Origin: Takakia lepidozioides
Lineage: Eukaryota; Plantae; Bryophyta
Length of the DNA: 64,000 bases
Assembly (NCBI GenBank): GCA_030704615.1
Contig: CM060733.1
Location: 60,822,001-60,886,000 of the forward strand
Reading direction: 5' to 3'
Shown: piece after piece, positions 38,477 to 52,300 of the stretch
Layout of the letters: the number at the start of each line of letters is the position of its first letter
Numbering within the stretch: position 1 is the first letter of the stretch
Translations under genes and position numbers: made by a program
The notes under the pieces: model-generated
Told to the model about the DNA's origin: nothing
The model's input: only the letters and a program-made list of their open reading frames with translations
The model's database searches: none

Positions 38477-41400
38477 ATGGACGTGGAAGCAGAAGGTGAT
38501 GATATACTAAAAACAAGATGCTGGATTATACGGCCTCTTCGACAAAGTTTGCAAACACCCAAACCAGGACCCTTCAACACGAATGATCTCCAATGGAAGA
38601 GAGACACGCAATATGGTTATATGGGTGCCAGACAGAATGTTCTGAAGGCCTGCATATCGTGGGATAGAGTTGATGACTTTCTCCTTGGAGAGGAGAGTTT
38701 GGTGGACTAGCCCACTCAGTTTTGGGTGAATGTCCATACTAATGTGCAACCCGGCATGCTAAAAGAGCCGAGAGCCAGCAGTTCTCTGAACAATATCATG
38801 TGTGCACCATCCTCATCGTCCTTTTGTAGTCTGATTGCATGTCTGTTGCCATTTTTCGTACCCACGTTCTGTGATTTCAAGCTTCCAGAAGTCGATGGAT
38901 ATCCATTGTGATTTTTATGTCCAGGTATCAATGCTGCTACGGTCCAGATGACAAACATACCAACAATGCGATAGTGGAGGATCCCAAACTGAAACGTGGA
39001 GGACCTCTTGTGGGTGCTGGAACATCTCACCCATAAAGGCCCAAGGAGAAAGAAGTCGGAATATGGAGAGTCTTACAAGCGTGGTTGCTAGTGCTATTTC
39101 AAGGTCCAACAATGCTATCTCGCCCCCGACATTTGTGTCCTCACGTACTACAACAATATGGAGCATACAGACGCGAAAGGGAAACCCTGTCATGGGAAGT
39201 CCGTTGAGTTCAGGAACACTCGCCACACCTATGCACCATACATTAGCGAGGAATTGAAAGCATGGGTCATGGAGTGTCTGTGCCGAGGCCTGTCAGTCGC
39301 CCAAATCATGATGGAACATAAAGAGCACGTCATGAACAACACCGGGTTGGGGGATGCATGGACACGGGACGATTTTTTGCTGGAGCAGGATGTGCGCATG
39401 GCCGAGAAACGGGCGTGGCAAACGTTCAAAAAACATGCCAACGATGCGGAGAGTGTCCGCATGTGGAAAGACCAGAACCCGAAATCGGTCTTCTTCTATC
39501 AAGAGGAGAAATTGGCGCCAACATTCAAGCACTACGATGGTGATTTAACATTCACAATCGGCATACAGACTGAGTGGCAGAAGAAGCGAATGCTTCAATT
39601 AGGCCATGCCCATATCATTGCATGCGATGCAACCTTCGGGACAAATCACCACAAGGTACTCTTCATCCCTTTCACAATTTATCCACTTGCAGAAATAGTG
39701 GATGTACGCACACTGGCAGCATCTGACATTCTGCATTTGAACAGTTCTTGGCCATTGTACACGTTGATGGTCTTCGACGAGTGGCTTAACGGTATACCAG
39801 TTGCGTACATCATATGTGCGCGTGAGCGGACAACAGACTTGGTGTCGTGGATGGCAGCCTTGCGGGACTCTCTCCTCGCAGAAATGCCGGAGTGGCGACC
39901 CAATGCCTTCGTGGAGGATGCCGACGCCGAAATAAACGCCATTACGTAAGTTTCATGTACCCTCCTGTACACTCGTGTGCAAGTCCGTCGCGTGCGTCCA
40001 TTGTCTGTCTCTTTGGCAAGTCCCCTGCCATACAACGTAGTCCTGGCTGCAAGTCCGGCCCATTCATTTCTGCAAGTCTGCTGGCAAACCAGTCCGCTGA
40101 TAATGTCCTCTAGCAAAATCCGCTGGAAGACTCACTTGCGCAAGTATGCTGCAAGGTCAGCCTACCCGGGTGTGCTGCTAGCAAAGTCTGGGTAAGTCTA
40201 CTGCCAGTCTCCTAAGGGCAAGTCCGCCGGCAGGCCAGTCCGCCGGAGGGGACTGTTTGCAAGCAGTCCGCTGCAAGACTCACGTGCGCCAGTCTGCTGC
40301 GACCTCAGTCTGGTCCAGCAAGTCCGCTGACAGGCAGGTCCGCCGGAGGGAACTGTTCGCAAGCAGTCTGCTGCAAGACTCACATGCATCAGTCTGCTGC
40401 GACCTCAGTCTAGTCGAGCAAGTCCGCTGGCAGGCGAGTCCGTCGGAGGGGACTGTTCGCAAGTAGTCCGTTGCAAGACTCACGTGCTCCAGTCTGCTGC
40501 GACCTCACTCTGGTTCGCTGGCAGGCGAGTCCGCCGGAGGGGACTGTTCCAAAGTCTGCTGGCAACCCTGTCCGCTCAGGATGCCCTCTGGCCAAGTCCG
40601 TTGCAAGACTCACTTACGTAAGTCCGTTGCGAGATCAGCGTGGTCAGGTCTGCTGGCGGTGTCGTGAGGGCAACACTCGTGGCAGGTCAGAGTGGGCGAG
40701 TCTGCTGCCTGAATCCGTTGGGCAAGTCCACTAGAACAGACGGGCAGACCAGTCAACCAAAGAGTCTACTGGGTTAGTGCCCAAGTCCACCGGCGAAGTC
40801 CTCTTTGAAGTCTCTCATGTGGGCATGTATACTTTGCAGGGCTGTTTTTCGAGGAGTGCTTATTTTCCTGTGCCTTTGGCATGTCCGGCGGGCTTGGGTG
40901 AAGCAATCATGCGCAAAAACCAAAGATCATATCACTGCCGCAAACTTGCTGAAAGATATGAGAGATCTCATGTACTGTAGAGGTGGACCAAACAATCCCA
41001 AATAAGGTCTTGCATGGGTAGCAACAACGCTCCGACGTATGAGAAAGAAATATCCGAATGGGCATGAATTTCTAGACTTTATCGATAAGGAATGGCGTCC
41101 TAAAATAGCAATGTGGTGTACAGCAGCTCGCCATGTTCTGCATGCCAGTCAAGACACAAACGCTAGCATTGAGGCATACCATGGAAACTTGAAGGCAAGA
41201 CTGAGGATGGGGAAAGGCAAAATGACTGGGCGTAGAGTGGATTGGCTCATATGGGAACTCACAGGCCGTGTACTAACACACTACTGGTATGAAGACGCAC
41301 GGATTCATAAGGAATGACAAACAGAAGAAGTACATGTCCAGTTCTGTGCTTGCGGCACGCGATATCCCAGCTTGCAATGTCACTCTTCCGTTCCATCCTA

Positions 41401-41930
41401 GGCAACCAGCCTATGTTCTAAGCACCAATCACCCAAACACAATTTACATTGTTTACAACCCCGGATGTGAATGGGCTTCTTGCACTTGCCCATGGGTAAT
41501 GAAGGGCAATTTGTGCAAGCATCAAGTCCGAGTCCTGAAGTTGCTTCATCCACACTTGCAGGATGGACTCATAGTGCGCGCTTGTGGCACGGCGCTGGGA
41601 ACCATTCATGGAGGATTGCATAATGTGTTTAGGGTTCATGCAAGTGGCGGCGACGAAGAGGGTTTGGGAAATGCAACAGAGGGCCCTTCCACAGATGACT
41701 TCCCCTATGATGCGGAGCCTGTCCTCGTACCATCCTCCATGGATGAAGAATTTGCAGACATACTTCGCATTGTTGGGGACAACAAATACCTGGAGAAACA
41801 TGTGTTGTCTTCTCTTCGTATCTGTAGGGGCAGCTTGTTGATATTCTCGCCAAGAGTGCTGCAAGAATGTTGCACCCTGCGGCAGCAAAGAGCTTCCGTC
41901 CTGTAAATGACAACAACAATATGTCGCTGA
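38477..41930 (+). pseudogene. MULE transposase with SWIM finger, disrupted
   Basis: RVDDFLLGE, G.PCHG, APYISEELK, RDDFL, FTIGIQTEWQ, IACDATFGTN, LMVFDEWLNGIPVAYI, FVEDADAEINAI, LCLWH, DTNASIEAYH and CTCPW..GNLCKH. Introns, frameshifts and a stop at 41003. Confidence 0.88.
40219..40560. repeat. 100-bp tandem repeat (~3.4 copies) in a transposase intron
   Basis: (C/T)TGCAAGACTCAC recurs at 40271, 40371 and 40471; the units are built from AGTCYGC motifs. Confidence 0.88.
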
Positions 41931-43454
41931 AAAGGAAACGAGATTTCGTTGAGGCATGGAAAACGCGACCCAAGATCTTACGCAAAACAGGGAAGAGGGT
42001 TGGGGCCCCAACACCTGCAGCACACATATACTCCACAATCCGGAGGGTCGCAAACCGTATACCAGTTGTAAAATAGATTAGGAAATGTAGGAAAGGGTAC
42101 AGTATCATTCTCCCGATGAAATAAAATTTCAGCGGTACGATTGCATGTGCACCAGACTTCGAACCTGTCTGCCAACCAGCCTGATAAACCAGTCTTCTGG
42201 CGTCTGAACCAGTATGCTCAACCAATCTTCTACCATCTGAACAGTCTGCTCAACCATCTGAACCAGTCTGCTCAACCAGTCTTCTGGTGTCTGAACCAGT
42301 CTGCTGTACCAGGCTGGGACTCAGTCTTCGAACAGTCTGCTATGCCAGCCTTCTCCTAAGTAGACCAGTCTCCCGGTTCTAAACGTGCCTGCACCTGGCT
42401 GACCAGTGAGCCTCATGCGGTCTGCCCATCAGACTGGCCATTCTCAGTACGGTGGACTCTCACTTACTCTGCTGACCAGACTTGGCACCCTACTCGCCAA
42501 TGCCATCCGCCTGTACTCTATCACTCCGGTGACTCTCAACAGTCTGCTCACCAGTGCAGACTCATGGTTCCCAATCGCATCTGTCAGTCTGCCGGACTGG
42601 TACCAACTCCTCATTCTGTCGGACTCTCGTCAGTCTGGCGACATTGCCCTCTGTCTGCTCACAAGCCTAGGCATACCCTCTTCCCGTACTCTAGCAGTCT
42701 GCTGACTCTCGGCTATTTGCTGACCAGTGGACTCCCTTGGTATGTTAAACAAAATGATTGTGTGTGTAGGGGTAAGTCCGCTTAACAACATGTAGTGAAT
42801 TGGTCACAAGTCTACAACGACTACTCACACTGCACTCATATGCGACCAATAGGATGTGTATGCAAAGTCATCTTTTATTTCGTTGCAAATGCTCAAAAGC
42901 ATGCTTACATGACAAATGCGTCCTATGAGGATATTGCTTTCTTAGCAGCGGTCAAACTAGTCAAGATGTACTTACTATCTCGAGACGGAGCCGTATGAGA
43001 CACTGCATCCGTTGGCCAAGTGCAAACTTGAACGTAAACCAGTGTTTCGTGAAAGGTACACCTCTCTCTGCCCTTTTAGAAGAGGTTCAACTATGCCCAG
43101 TTTGTAGCCATTCATAATATCCTTGGATGAATGACATGAAATAAAACCCGCATTCCCAGCTGAATGGCTGTTGGGGCACTTCAGGCTGGTTGAACTGAAA
43201 TGCCCTAACCTCCTCCCAACTCGGTGAATCAACACTGTAGCCTAAACACTCCACATGCAACTTCCGTATCTATGACAAAACATATGGGCAACCATGCAAA
43301 GACTCGATGGAGTTCATGTGAGTGTAGCAGCCTTTCCGCACGTCGATGACAACAACACTCCAGTGCCCCCTGCAAGACGATTCTCATGAGATGTTTTGGC
43401 AAAGCGATACGGGAAGGAGTGACAGCCAACTGGGTGAGACTCATGGCTGTTATG

Positions 43455-43540
43455 AAGCATGTGCCAGCCTAGGAGCCCTGGAAAATGCCAAAGAGGTCCA
43501 CGCTGATATCAACAAAGCTAGAATTGCATGAGATGTCATC
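43455..43540 (+). pseudogene. PPR L-motif fragment inside the MULE
   Basis: ACASLGALENAKEVHADINKARIA*DVI. Confidence 0.82.
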
Positions 43541-43925
43541 GGCCACAGTAGTCGCCGAATCCCTGGGCACAAGTAGAGCGAAGAAGCGAACTGTCATGGA
43601 GCAGACTCAGGAAGTTCGGGAGGGTCATGTTGCCAAGAAACCTGCGAAGAAAGGCAAGTCCGCTGTCTTCATGAACAAGGACCGCAAAATGGCATTGGAT
43701 ACGGACAAGGAAGTGGTTCTTCAGCGACAAATACACCAGTGAGTACTCCTCCCAGTCTGCTGAGTCTAGTCACTCCAGTCTGCTCAGAAGTCTGAGTCTG
43801 TTCAGTCCGCTTGGTCTGGTGAGTCTGCTCAGTCCACTTGGTCTGGTGAGTCTGGTCAGTCCGCTCAATCCGCTCAGTATGGGCAGTCTGTTGAATGGAG
43901 TCAGTCCGCTCAGACCGTTGCGTAC

Positions 43926-44336
43926 ATGGGTTTTCCCACAAGGCCGTGGTCTGTGTGCAGGTTGGGTTCTCATTTTGCCGCGGCCCTGCGACGGAATGTC
44001 GCGGCCGGCAATTGCATGGTTCACTTTTATAAGGGCGACCCCCGGTATGAGTGCTCCATCGGGCCTCCGGACTTGAAGCCACTTGAGACGGTGGAGTCGG
44101 AGTGCACAGATAGAATGTTGGAGCTGTGGTGTCGTTTCTATGAGAAGACGGTTGAGGAGAAGTACTCAAGTACTGTTGCTCTTCTACCAGCCTCAATGTG
44201 GTCTCGTATGATGACATATTGGGACGGGCCACGGGAAAGGGTAGTGGAGAATCTACATTCTTGCTGGAGCGTCCCTCGGCTTGGCAAAGACATAAAAAAC
44301 TGCCATCATATAATCGTTCCGATTGTGGAGGAGTAA
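43926..44336 (+). pseudogene. Ulp1/C48 protease-like N-terminal half, truncated
   Basis: SIGPPDLKPL...DRMLELWCRFY...HHIIVPIVEE followed by a GTAAG donor just before the expected HW motif. MULE-borne Ulp1 genes are known. The catalytic half is not found. Confidence 0.55.
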
Positions 44337-44652
44337 GATCTCGCATACCCAGTCTGTTATGTCGGGCCAGTCTTTTGAATGACGTCACTCCGTTCACACC
44401 TGCCTCTCGCTGGTTGAGTCCGTTCATTCTGCTCAATCTGGCAAATCTGCCCAGTCTTTTGAATGAGGACAGTCTGCTCGGTCTGCCGAGTCTGCTGAGT
44501 GATGAGTCTTCTAAGTCTGCTGAGTCGTGACTCTGCTGAGTTGGCTGAGTGTACTAGGACTAGGACCCAGCCTACTTGCGAGTCTGTAGAGTCTGCTGGA
44601 GAGGCAGTTGGAGTGGTCTGCTGAGAGGACTCTGCCGTAAAAGCCTCCCACT

Positions 44653-44765
44653 GCATGCTTCACATATCCTGCCATCACTGCAGTCCACGTGACTACATCT
44701 TGCTCGGGCATCTTTCAAGTGCTAGGTGTGCATCCACTATGCACACACTTGGTATACATGTTGCC
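44653..44765 (-). pseudogene. PPR S-P fragment inside the MULE
   Basis: LGNMYTKC...KMPEQDVVTWTAVMAGYVKH. Confidence 0.75.
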
Positions 44766-46328
44766 AAGGGTTTGAGGTAGTGGCTGTAGAGCCCCGCCAG
44801 CCCTCTCTTGTTCAGGCACACCCTTCATCGTCATTAAAATTGCCATAAACAAGAAGAACAGCCGCATGCATGCAAAGTCACCTCCGCAACATTGGACAAC
44901 AAAGAGCCGCAAGAACGAGACAATAAGAACGAGTGGGCGAGTTCGTAGCAGGATGTTACGATCTTCCATGCCCTAAACATGGATGGCGCGGATGGGTTTC
45001 TCAGAATGGACGATCCAGATCCTTCAGCCGGCGCGGACTGGCAGACTGGCAGACTAGGGGGCAGCAGACGGGCACAACGGACTGTTGGGTGGACTTGTGG
45101 GGACTGGCACAGCGGACTGGCGTGCACAGTGGACTGGCCGGCAGACTGGCGGTTTGGCGGACTGAGGGGAACTGGACTCATGGGCAGCGGACTGGCGGGC
45201 GGATTGGCCGCGCCAGATTGGGGGCGCGGCAGAGCGCGGGCGGGGCTGCCGCGGGCACGGCTGGTGGGGCCGCGGCAGCAGCTGGGCGCCCGTGCGTAGC
45301 AGGGGGGCGTCCGTGTGCGGGGCCCACCGGGCGTCTCACACGTGCGCCATAACGTCCCAATTATTGTAAAATGAGAGGCCCTCCATATTATGACATTTTT
45401 TCAGTTTCCCCTAGGTGTCATATTAAAGAGGTTAGACTGTAGCATTTCCCTGAAGGCTATCTTTACTACCAGTATATACAGCTCCGTCCATTGGCCCCTT
45501 GATATTCTGTAAGAGATTCGATATCTATCATCTTTACTTGATGGGAAAAGGGATGATGTGCAGGAGGAGAGAGAAAGAGAAATTCCATAATTACTAGCAT
45601 TGCTGCAGCCTGCAGTCGAGCCTGGTTGGTCATTTGATGAGCCTATCACGCTTGTGTGGGCAGGTGAGCACAGTGGAATATTCTGGGAAGTATTGAAAGT
45701 GGTGCTACACCATAGTTTTATGATATTTTACTGGATAAAAAATAACCAGGATTGGATGATATTAATCACATGTCAGACTTCTCATCCAATGGAAGGGGCA
45801 TTATTTCCCTTTTTTTAAGTTCAAAGCATTGCCCAGTGCCCACATGATCACATCCCCTAGCAACCTTCATTTCATAGTACGCATCAGACTGGTTTATGTA
45901 CATACAGCCTAGGTATATGTATATAAACTTTTTTTTTCCCCCTTCTAGAGTATAAGAGGGACAATGGGTCCCTCTCTGTTTCTTACAATGGACAAATTCC
46001 TTTCAATTTCTTTTTTCGAAGAGCTTTATGTCAATTCACAACCCGGGCTCTAAACTTCATGCAAAGAAACGGCGAGAAAAGCATTACTTGTGGGATACTG
46101 TTAAATAAGCGTGCCTTCCTAATTGGATTTTTAGAAAAATCTGCGTCTTTCGCCTGGGCCCTGATAACTGTGCACTGGGGCTCCAAATGCTCAAGTCTGC
46201 AATCAATTATTCACTGCGGGAAGGATTTGAACTGCGGCAACTGACACAGTTAAGTACCATGGCATTTAAGACAGTGCCCACATAGGTACCCCTAGAGAAC
46301 TACCACCGCTTATTCTTAATAAACACAG

Positions 46329-49300
46329 CTACCATCTAACTTTCCAAATCACGCGCCCGAGCCTTACATCAATGACCACGTAACCAGATTTGCTACCAGG
46401 TCCTGTAGTTATTCTATGCTCTCCTGTCTGGTTCCCTGGTGTTTTAGCTGCCTCTCTAAAATCTGCAGACTGTTCAGTGTGCACTGACCGTTGAGATGCA
46501 TCAACAGTTAGCAGTTCAGCCAGAGGTCGTGGCCCTGCCCACCTTGCTTCAGCCCATTTGCGCAGTCGATCTGCCTCTTTGTCCCTACTTGGTACCATCG
46601 AAATGACATCTGCATACCGAGCTGGGAGACCCACAAGCAGTACAATTATGTGCTTAAGTCCACTGCCACACCACTTTAATCCAGCTACACTCTTGGAAAC
46701 AGGAATTTTACACAACAAATCAGTAACAAGTCAACAATTGACCATTGCGAGTTTGATTTGTGTGTAATACAAAACAACTCTGGGTGTTGCACCATTTGTT
46801 GCAGGTAGAGTTTAACACAGATTGTCTTAGTGTCACCACCATGCAAGCCATGTGAAGGTCTGCATGAATTGGTTAAAACAAAAGAAAAATGACCTTGGCG
46901 CATCACTTAATGCATCCTTTAAAAAAGCCACCGTCCATTTGCGGCCATTTACAGGCTGACAAGGACATATGGTGTCTACTTACTCCTACTTCAAAGCACC
47001 TAAGTAGAATTACATACAGCTGAGTCGCCCTTCAAATTCTACAGGCCATACGCTGATAGAGTGACGAGAAAGAAAATGTCAGTTTAAAAAAGACCCATGA
47101 TGTGTCCAAATTGTCAAACAGGTAGCAGGGTGACAAGCCATATTGTTTTTGCTTCAGACATCAGAACTAACCCCAACCGGTAAATTGAGAAGGTACAGGC
47201 CAACAAAACCAGTTTCCATCTGCTAATATGCCAGTGCCCACTGTAGCCCAATCAGATAATCCTATGTGGATGCTTGGTATGCAGCCTTCTAGAGTGCAAC
47301 AGGCCGTCCAACTGTTATTCATCAAGACAACATCAAATGTAACCATTTTCTCAATATCCCAGTACAGCTTAAGGAATCAATGTGGTTACCTCTTGACAGT
47401 GCCATCACATCACTGAGATCTAGCGGCTTTCCTGAATCTGCACCCATATCACTTTGCTTGTTAGCCACTCACTGTTTCTGTGTTGATGCGTGTGAGAGAG
47501 ACTGAGGGAGGGTTGATGTTTTGTGTGTGGGCAATTGCCGACAAGTCCAAGGACCCACCCAGATCCAATGACTCTCAGAAAGCTCTCATCTGCAACGTTT
47601 TATAGCCGATAAGATTAGGCTGCATTGTGCAATCAATAGAACGAAAACTTGGGCATATGCAGTAGATGTGAATAGAAAGAGATCTGATAAACCATCACAT
47701 CATCAACCCTTACGTCACAATTATGACAAAAAGTAATCAGGGTTGTGGTTACAAAAGTAGACATACCAAGGCGATCCACAGGAGGGGCTTTCAACAAGTC
47801 CAACGACCGCCGATACAAGCCCTGCAAATTACACCATTGCAATCAAAATCTGCTAGACCATCATGTACAACCTGTAGTAAGACTTCTCAACAGGAGTATG
47901 CTGATAAGACTACTCAAGGAAAACCAACAATTTAGCGTATCAAATTCGTATCTTAGGACAAAATCCAAAAACAATTTGCAAGGGAGAGCAGAGACATTTG
48001 CGTCTGATTCCTCTGACCAGTACCTAAGCAATAGATTACAAAATTAACTAGTTGTTCCTTGCCAGTCTTCATATTAAGCCAGAGTTTCCATATTCCAGAG
48101 ACTTCAATATGTACTGAAAGATTTACTTTCGTATATCTCCACATTGGCCTTCTACTTTTGCAATGTCATAAATTTTTGAAGGATACAGACCAGATAAGTT
48201 TATATTGATGCTATTACACAGTCAACTTCCAAAGGGGCCAGTGATTGTAGTACCATCCACTCTCCTCCGTTGAGATCACTGAAGAGACCGTCAGAGACTT
48301 CAAATTCGGAAACCAAGCTCCAATTTCAGTGATAAGCATAACTCCAGGATCATGGCATGGAAACACTTGTGTACACTCTAGCATAAACCAACTATGCTAA
48401 GTGTAGCAGGTCCTAAAATCTTTCAAAGAATGTCACGAACCTCTGTGATGATCGTTTCACCAACGCCCTTGGCTCTTCCTCTACATGCATACACATCCGC
48501 AAGACAGACCAGGACCGTACCAACACGTGGATGCTTGTCTCCTACGTGAAGGGACATAACAAAGGAATTGATTAGCTTTGCCCTGAGTTAGATCTAACTA
48601 GATTTATTTGACTTTGCCACTGCAAAGGTCTGCCTAATAAACCAAGGAAAAACCAGTCATGTACTGGAGGTTGGAGGAGCACATATGCCTCATAATTTCC
48701 AATGGCACATCAGCACCAGTGACCATTATCACTGTGGATGATGATTCCCTTCTGAAAATTCAAAGGAATCAGTTCCTTACTAATCAGTTCCGTCTTCAAC
48801 CATATAGATAGGGGAACTGTCCTGACCATTAATCTGCTCAGCTCGAGTCAATGCCTCCGTAAGCTTGGCCTCTGCATCATCAAAATTCCTGGCACACGAG
48901 GAATAACTAAATCAGCATACCAAATGTAATAAAAACGTGCAATCAATATAATGGCACCAGGAGGCCAAAGTTAAGCAGTGAATCTTCCATAAGGCCTCAA
49001 TCTACAACAATTCTACGTCCTCTTCCCAACCTGCCTGTAATTTGCACTCAACCACTCTTAACCCCTGGAGGTCTTCTGGGGCATCTGCAAGGTGTCCACA
49101 TCTTAGTGGAACTCCCATACTGACCCCAAAGTTGGGCAGGTAAATGCTCAATGCACATGTCGAGGTGTCTTAAGTCCAAGAAAACATGGTAGCTTGAAAT
49201 CTTTACAGGGACTACTGAGCACTTCAGAAGTCACAATGTACAATGATCTGGCTCCCAAGAAGTAAAAGATATAAACTATAATGCAACCCTGATCTTGCAG

Positions 49301-52300
49301 AGTCTAGGTCAAATTAATTGCCCTTGAATCTCGGAGGGAGTACCAACTCCTTGCATTTAGATGCGCGCCGATACGTAGAGAGAGGTATACCCTAAATGTA
49401 AGGCAAGCTGGCCTAAGCCAGCAAGAGCCCCAACATGGACTTCTTCAGGAGCCATAGCCACAGCAGCTACAGTCATCTCCCCCGTGCTGCTAGACAAGGC
49501 AATGGCTCTCTTGTAAAGGTCGTGGGCCTGTGTCAAGTGACCACCCACATGAGCACACTGGGCAAAGCTCAGCACTGCGGCAGCTGCATCAAGAAACCCC
49601 CCGCCCCCACCCCACCGGAATTGTTTCTTGACCTGAAAGTCAAATATTGCATACCATAAATCTCTCTCTCCACACTGGGAAGCATTGAGTCTGTGAAAAT
49701 CAGCATCTTCCCTTTACACAAAAAAGAAAACTAAGGCCCACAAGCAAGCGACCTGAAACAGGTCACACCTGATCCTCAGTGCAGTGCATGAAAAAACCAA
49801 AATCTGCTTGTAGCCAGCCAGACTAGGTTGCAAAGCACTGTGTGCCCGGTGTACTAGCAGTTATGGTGTCATCTGCTGCTTCACCCATAAACATGCAACA
49901 GTGGGTTATCTCAAACCCACATTGAGCTCAGCCTTTTCTATCTACCTCTCTTTTGTATTACTGTAACACCAAATTGCCTTGGTTACAATGCTTCCATCTA
50001 AATTATGAGTGTGAGCATTGATTGAGTGAGTACTGTTCATTGCAACACTGCCTCTCATAAATGATTTCAAATAGACATTAGAAGATGACCAGCTGTAGCC
50101 AAGTCAAAGGCTTTCACCTAGACCATCCGTCCGATCTGAATTCTCTCCAAGCCATGACGGTAAATCTCCGACAAGACAAGATTCATCTGCACAAAGATTA
50201 CATCACTGTCAGTAACACAATCCATCCTTTACAAAAATTACATCATTACTGTACCATCCAAGGTCGCAACAAATTTCTCAAAATCTAGCAGACTCATTTT
50301 TAGAATGAGGCAGCCTTGCTTAAGGAATAAGTCCAAACAGATCATCTATTTGAAATATACTCCAGATACGCAGAGAAATCCTATCACACTGCTCAGCACT
50401 TTACAAAATTACACTAACAGAAAAAGGGAAGTGGAAGGTTGAAATTGCAGTTTATCACAATCTCATCCAAAGAACCTGCAGAGGACATGTACAGGGACTA
50501 ACCAGCACCACACTGAGCACACACAAGTTGGCCAAATGCAGCTGCCGCATTTGCCCGGAATTCAAGCTCCTCAACCTGCTCTGGAGACATACGATCTGCT
50601 GATGCCTTTACAAGCTGCCCACAGCTCCGGCCAAAACCAAGTGCTGCTTCCTCCTGCCAAACAAACGCAACTGAAGCGTCAACTTTGGGGCTGCAGGATT
50701 CCTACTTGTCATGCACATTTTTCCTAACCAAGGAGTCCGGTAAGAGACCAATGGTTGAAAAACGGTACAGCTGAAAACACCTTCACCTGTGCTAACATAT
50801 TCACAAGTCAAGAAGATTCCAGTGTTTTGTTGTTTCCTATTCTATTCCTATAGCCTCTCCACAGCTTGTCCAATTGAACCCAATCAAAGCTTTCCTGAAA
50901 TTTGAGGGGAAATAGGTGGTACTTAAATCTCCTAGATTTGGATCCTTTGAGCATACCCGGTCACCGCAATACAGCCCACACGATTTGCTAACTAACATGC
51001 AATCTGTTTTCAACCACTTAGCTTGCAGGCAGTAAAGTGTTTCTTGCATCATGGTCCTAGCAGCAGAGGGCATATGACGGCACCTGATGTAATCGCAGGC
51101 AAAGTCCACATAAAGCTTCCAAGGCAGCCACTGTGTGCAAGAGCACGATAGATAGTCATTCTGTCTACTGTTTGGAAACAAATGCCCCTCAGCAGTTCGC
51201 AATGACAAAGCATTTTTCCACATTGTGCAGAGACCCATCCGAAATGAAATATACTATACAAATTAAAATTAAAATATATGCATGCAGATGAAGACTTCTA
51301 CATTTCAGATTATACACTAGCTGGAAGGCAAAAATACCAAATGCTGAGCTCAAAGTCCCGGTAGTTCTAATGATAGTCAAATGTCACAAGGTCACCCAAA
51401 AATAGACCATGCTGCATGTAAGAGCATATATCAAAGTTCACATTGGATGAAGAATTAGAAAAGATATCACACCATACACTGGATTACTTACCACGCACCT
51501 CTGTAGAGGCTGTGTCAAGATCAGCAGCTTGTTGCAAAGCCTCAACAGATTCTGCGAGCTTGGCACTGCCATCACATCTCACCTTCATCAACCACCTCTG
51601 CTTGCGTACACTCAAATTTATGCTAACATTGGTGACATTCAAGAAACTTCTTTGGGAATGACCCACAATGAAGACCGGAGAAAAACAGAAAAGAAGTACA
51701 CAATTTGTCTAGTTCCAAGGATTAGCATTCAACTGCGATGCTAGAGCACACCCTTGAACACCTTTCTAGGTTTTCAAAGAAGAGCAGCCAACATGGTAGT
51801 AGCAGAACAACACCTGTGCATGTTTGCACCTCCAAAAGAAAATGACACATCTTCCAAAACTCAACTCTCAAATCTCAATCCTGAAACATGTTACTAAGAT
51901 CATACACAGCTTCAGTTGGCTGGGCCAGAACATACTCATCAGCATGGAACGAAGCCAGAGTAAGGAGCACACGGCCAGCTGCAGTGGCAGATGCTGCTCC
52001 ATCCCCCAGGAGAAAGGATCGTCCTTGCTCCAACACACGCACGGCTTCTGCATGCAGTGCTTCTAAATAAACCCATCCCACTCCTTTCCAATTAGAACAC
52101 AACAAGTGAATTCTCACCTACAGAGGAACAGAAGATGGTATCCCTCATGATAGGTCTACTTGCCAAAGCAACTACTGATCCATCGGAAATCACATTAATT
52201 GAAATGTATTGCAAGAAAATGGAGTCACTTAATTTTAGCCTCCAACTTAACTTGCTCCCACCCTTCCCCAAACTCCTGCCATACAAGGTATCTTTTAAAA

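Larger units (their letters stand above)
37921..45379 (+). mobile_element. Mutator-like element with long GC-rich TIRs and 9-bp TSD, carrying transposase, a Ulp1-like fragment and PPR fragments
   Basis: TSD CCTCCATAT at 37912-37920 and 45380-45388. TIRs start GCCTCTCATTTTACAATAATTGGGAC and span ~37921-38203 and ~44978-45379. Confidence 0.95.
37301..45439. mobile_element. pogo/Tc1-mariner-like deletion derivative (~680 bp), interrupted by the MULE
   Basis: TA|CAGTCTAACCTCTTTAATATGAC ... GTCATATTAAAGAGGTTAGACTG|TA: perfect 23-bp TIR and TA TSD. Residual C-terminus RQQQTTLDTFLS* at ~37778-37816. Confidence 0.88.
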
